This document shows, one piece after another, positions 15,266 to 15,466 of a DNA stretch of 15,466 bases. Both the position numbers and the translations under genes were made by a program. The DNA is from Candidatus Hermodarchaeota archaeon (GTDB taxonomy: Archaea > Asgardarchaeota > Lokiarchaeia > Sigyniarchaeales > SOKP01). The DNA lies in NCBI GenBank assembly GCA_048885535.1, contig JBHLLO010000073.1:1-15466 (forward strand), written 5' to 3'. The notes below the pieces were generated by a model. That model worked only from the letters and a program-made list of their open reading frames with translations. It was not told the origin of the DNA and made no database searches. Within the stretch, counting starts at the first letter, position 1. The number at the start of each line of letters is the position of its first letter.

Positions 15266-15466
15266 ATGGAACAATTTCCCACATCTGAAATTGATATTGA
15301 TCAAGACATTTTAGATGAATTAATGCGTAATTTAGAACAATTGGAGAGTTCTACTGACCTTGAAGGCACAGCTTTAGTGTCAAAAACAGGATTAAGAATC
15401 GCTAGTTCTGAAACTGCAGATATAGTTGCAGATGTATATAGCGCAAGTCCCGCAACCTTAATATCC
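15266..15466 (+). CDS. Roadblock/LC7 (MglB-like) domain protein, 5' part (runs off the right edge)
   Basis: MEQFPTSEIDIDQDILDELMRNLEQLESSTDLEGTALVSKTGLRIASSETADIVADVYSASPATLIS: helix followed by the (I/L)EGxxLVSxxGLxIAS roadblock pattern. GAGGT SD at 15254-15258. Confidence 0.8.
   Translation, partial: MEQFPTSEIDIDQDILDELMRNLEQLESSTDLEGTALVSKTGLRIASSETADIVADVYSASPATLIS

Overview
AT-rich archaeal window that looks like an Asgard (Lokiarchaeia-like) chromosome segment; this is inferred from gene content, not from a database search. Three themes stand out. (1) Selenocysteine decoding machinery: a 9/4-fold tRNA-Sec (UCA) 16 nt upstream of SepSecS, and the Sec-specific elongation factor SelB/EFSec about 4.2 kb away. 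(2) Eukaryote-signature-type membrane trafficking and remodelling genes: Vps28 (ESCRT-I), a Zn-ribbon/Yip1 protein, a possible longin-like plus helical-repeat protein preceded by two small coiled-coil genes, a Zn-ribbon/CdvA-like coiled-coil protein and a roadblock/LC7 protein. (3) RNA and nucleotide housekeeping: DUF62 SAM hydrolase, a Nudix-NMNAT fusion, RtcA, two tandem CoA-pyrophosphatase Nudix genes and an intron-containing tRNA-Ile with the rare UAU anticodon. Features absent from the supplied ORF track are rpl34e (partial, left edge), a 41/44-codon membrane micro-ORF (12594/12603-12728), the roadblock gene (partial, right edge) and both tRNAs. No mobile element or CRISPR array was seen.
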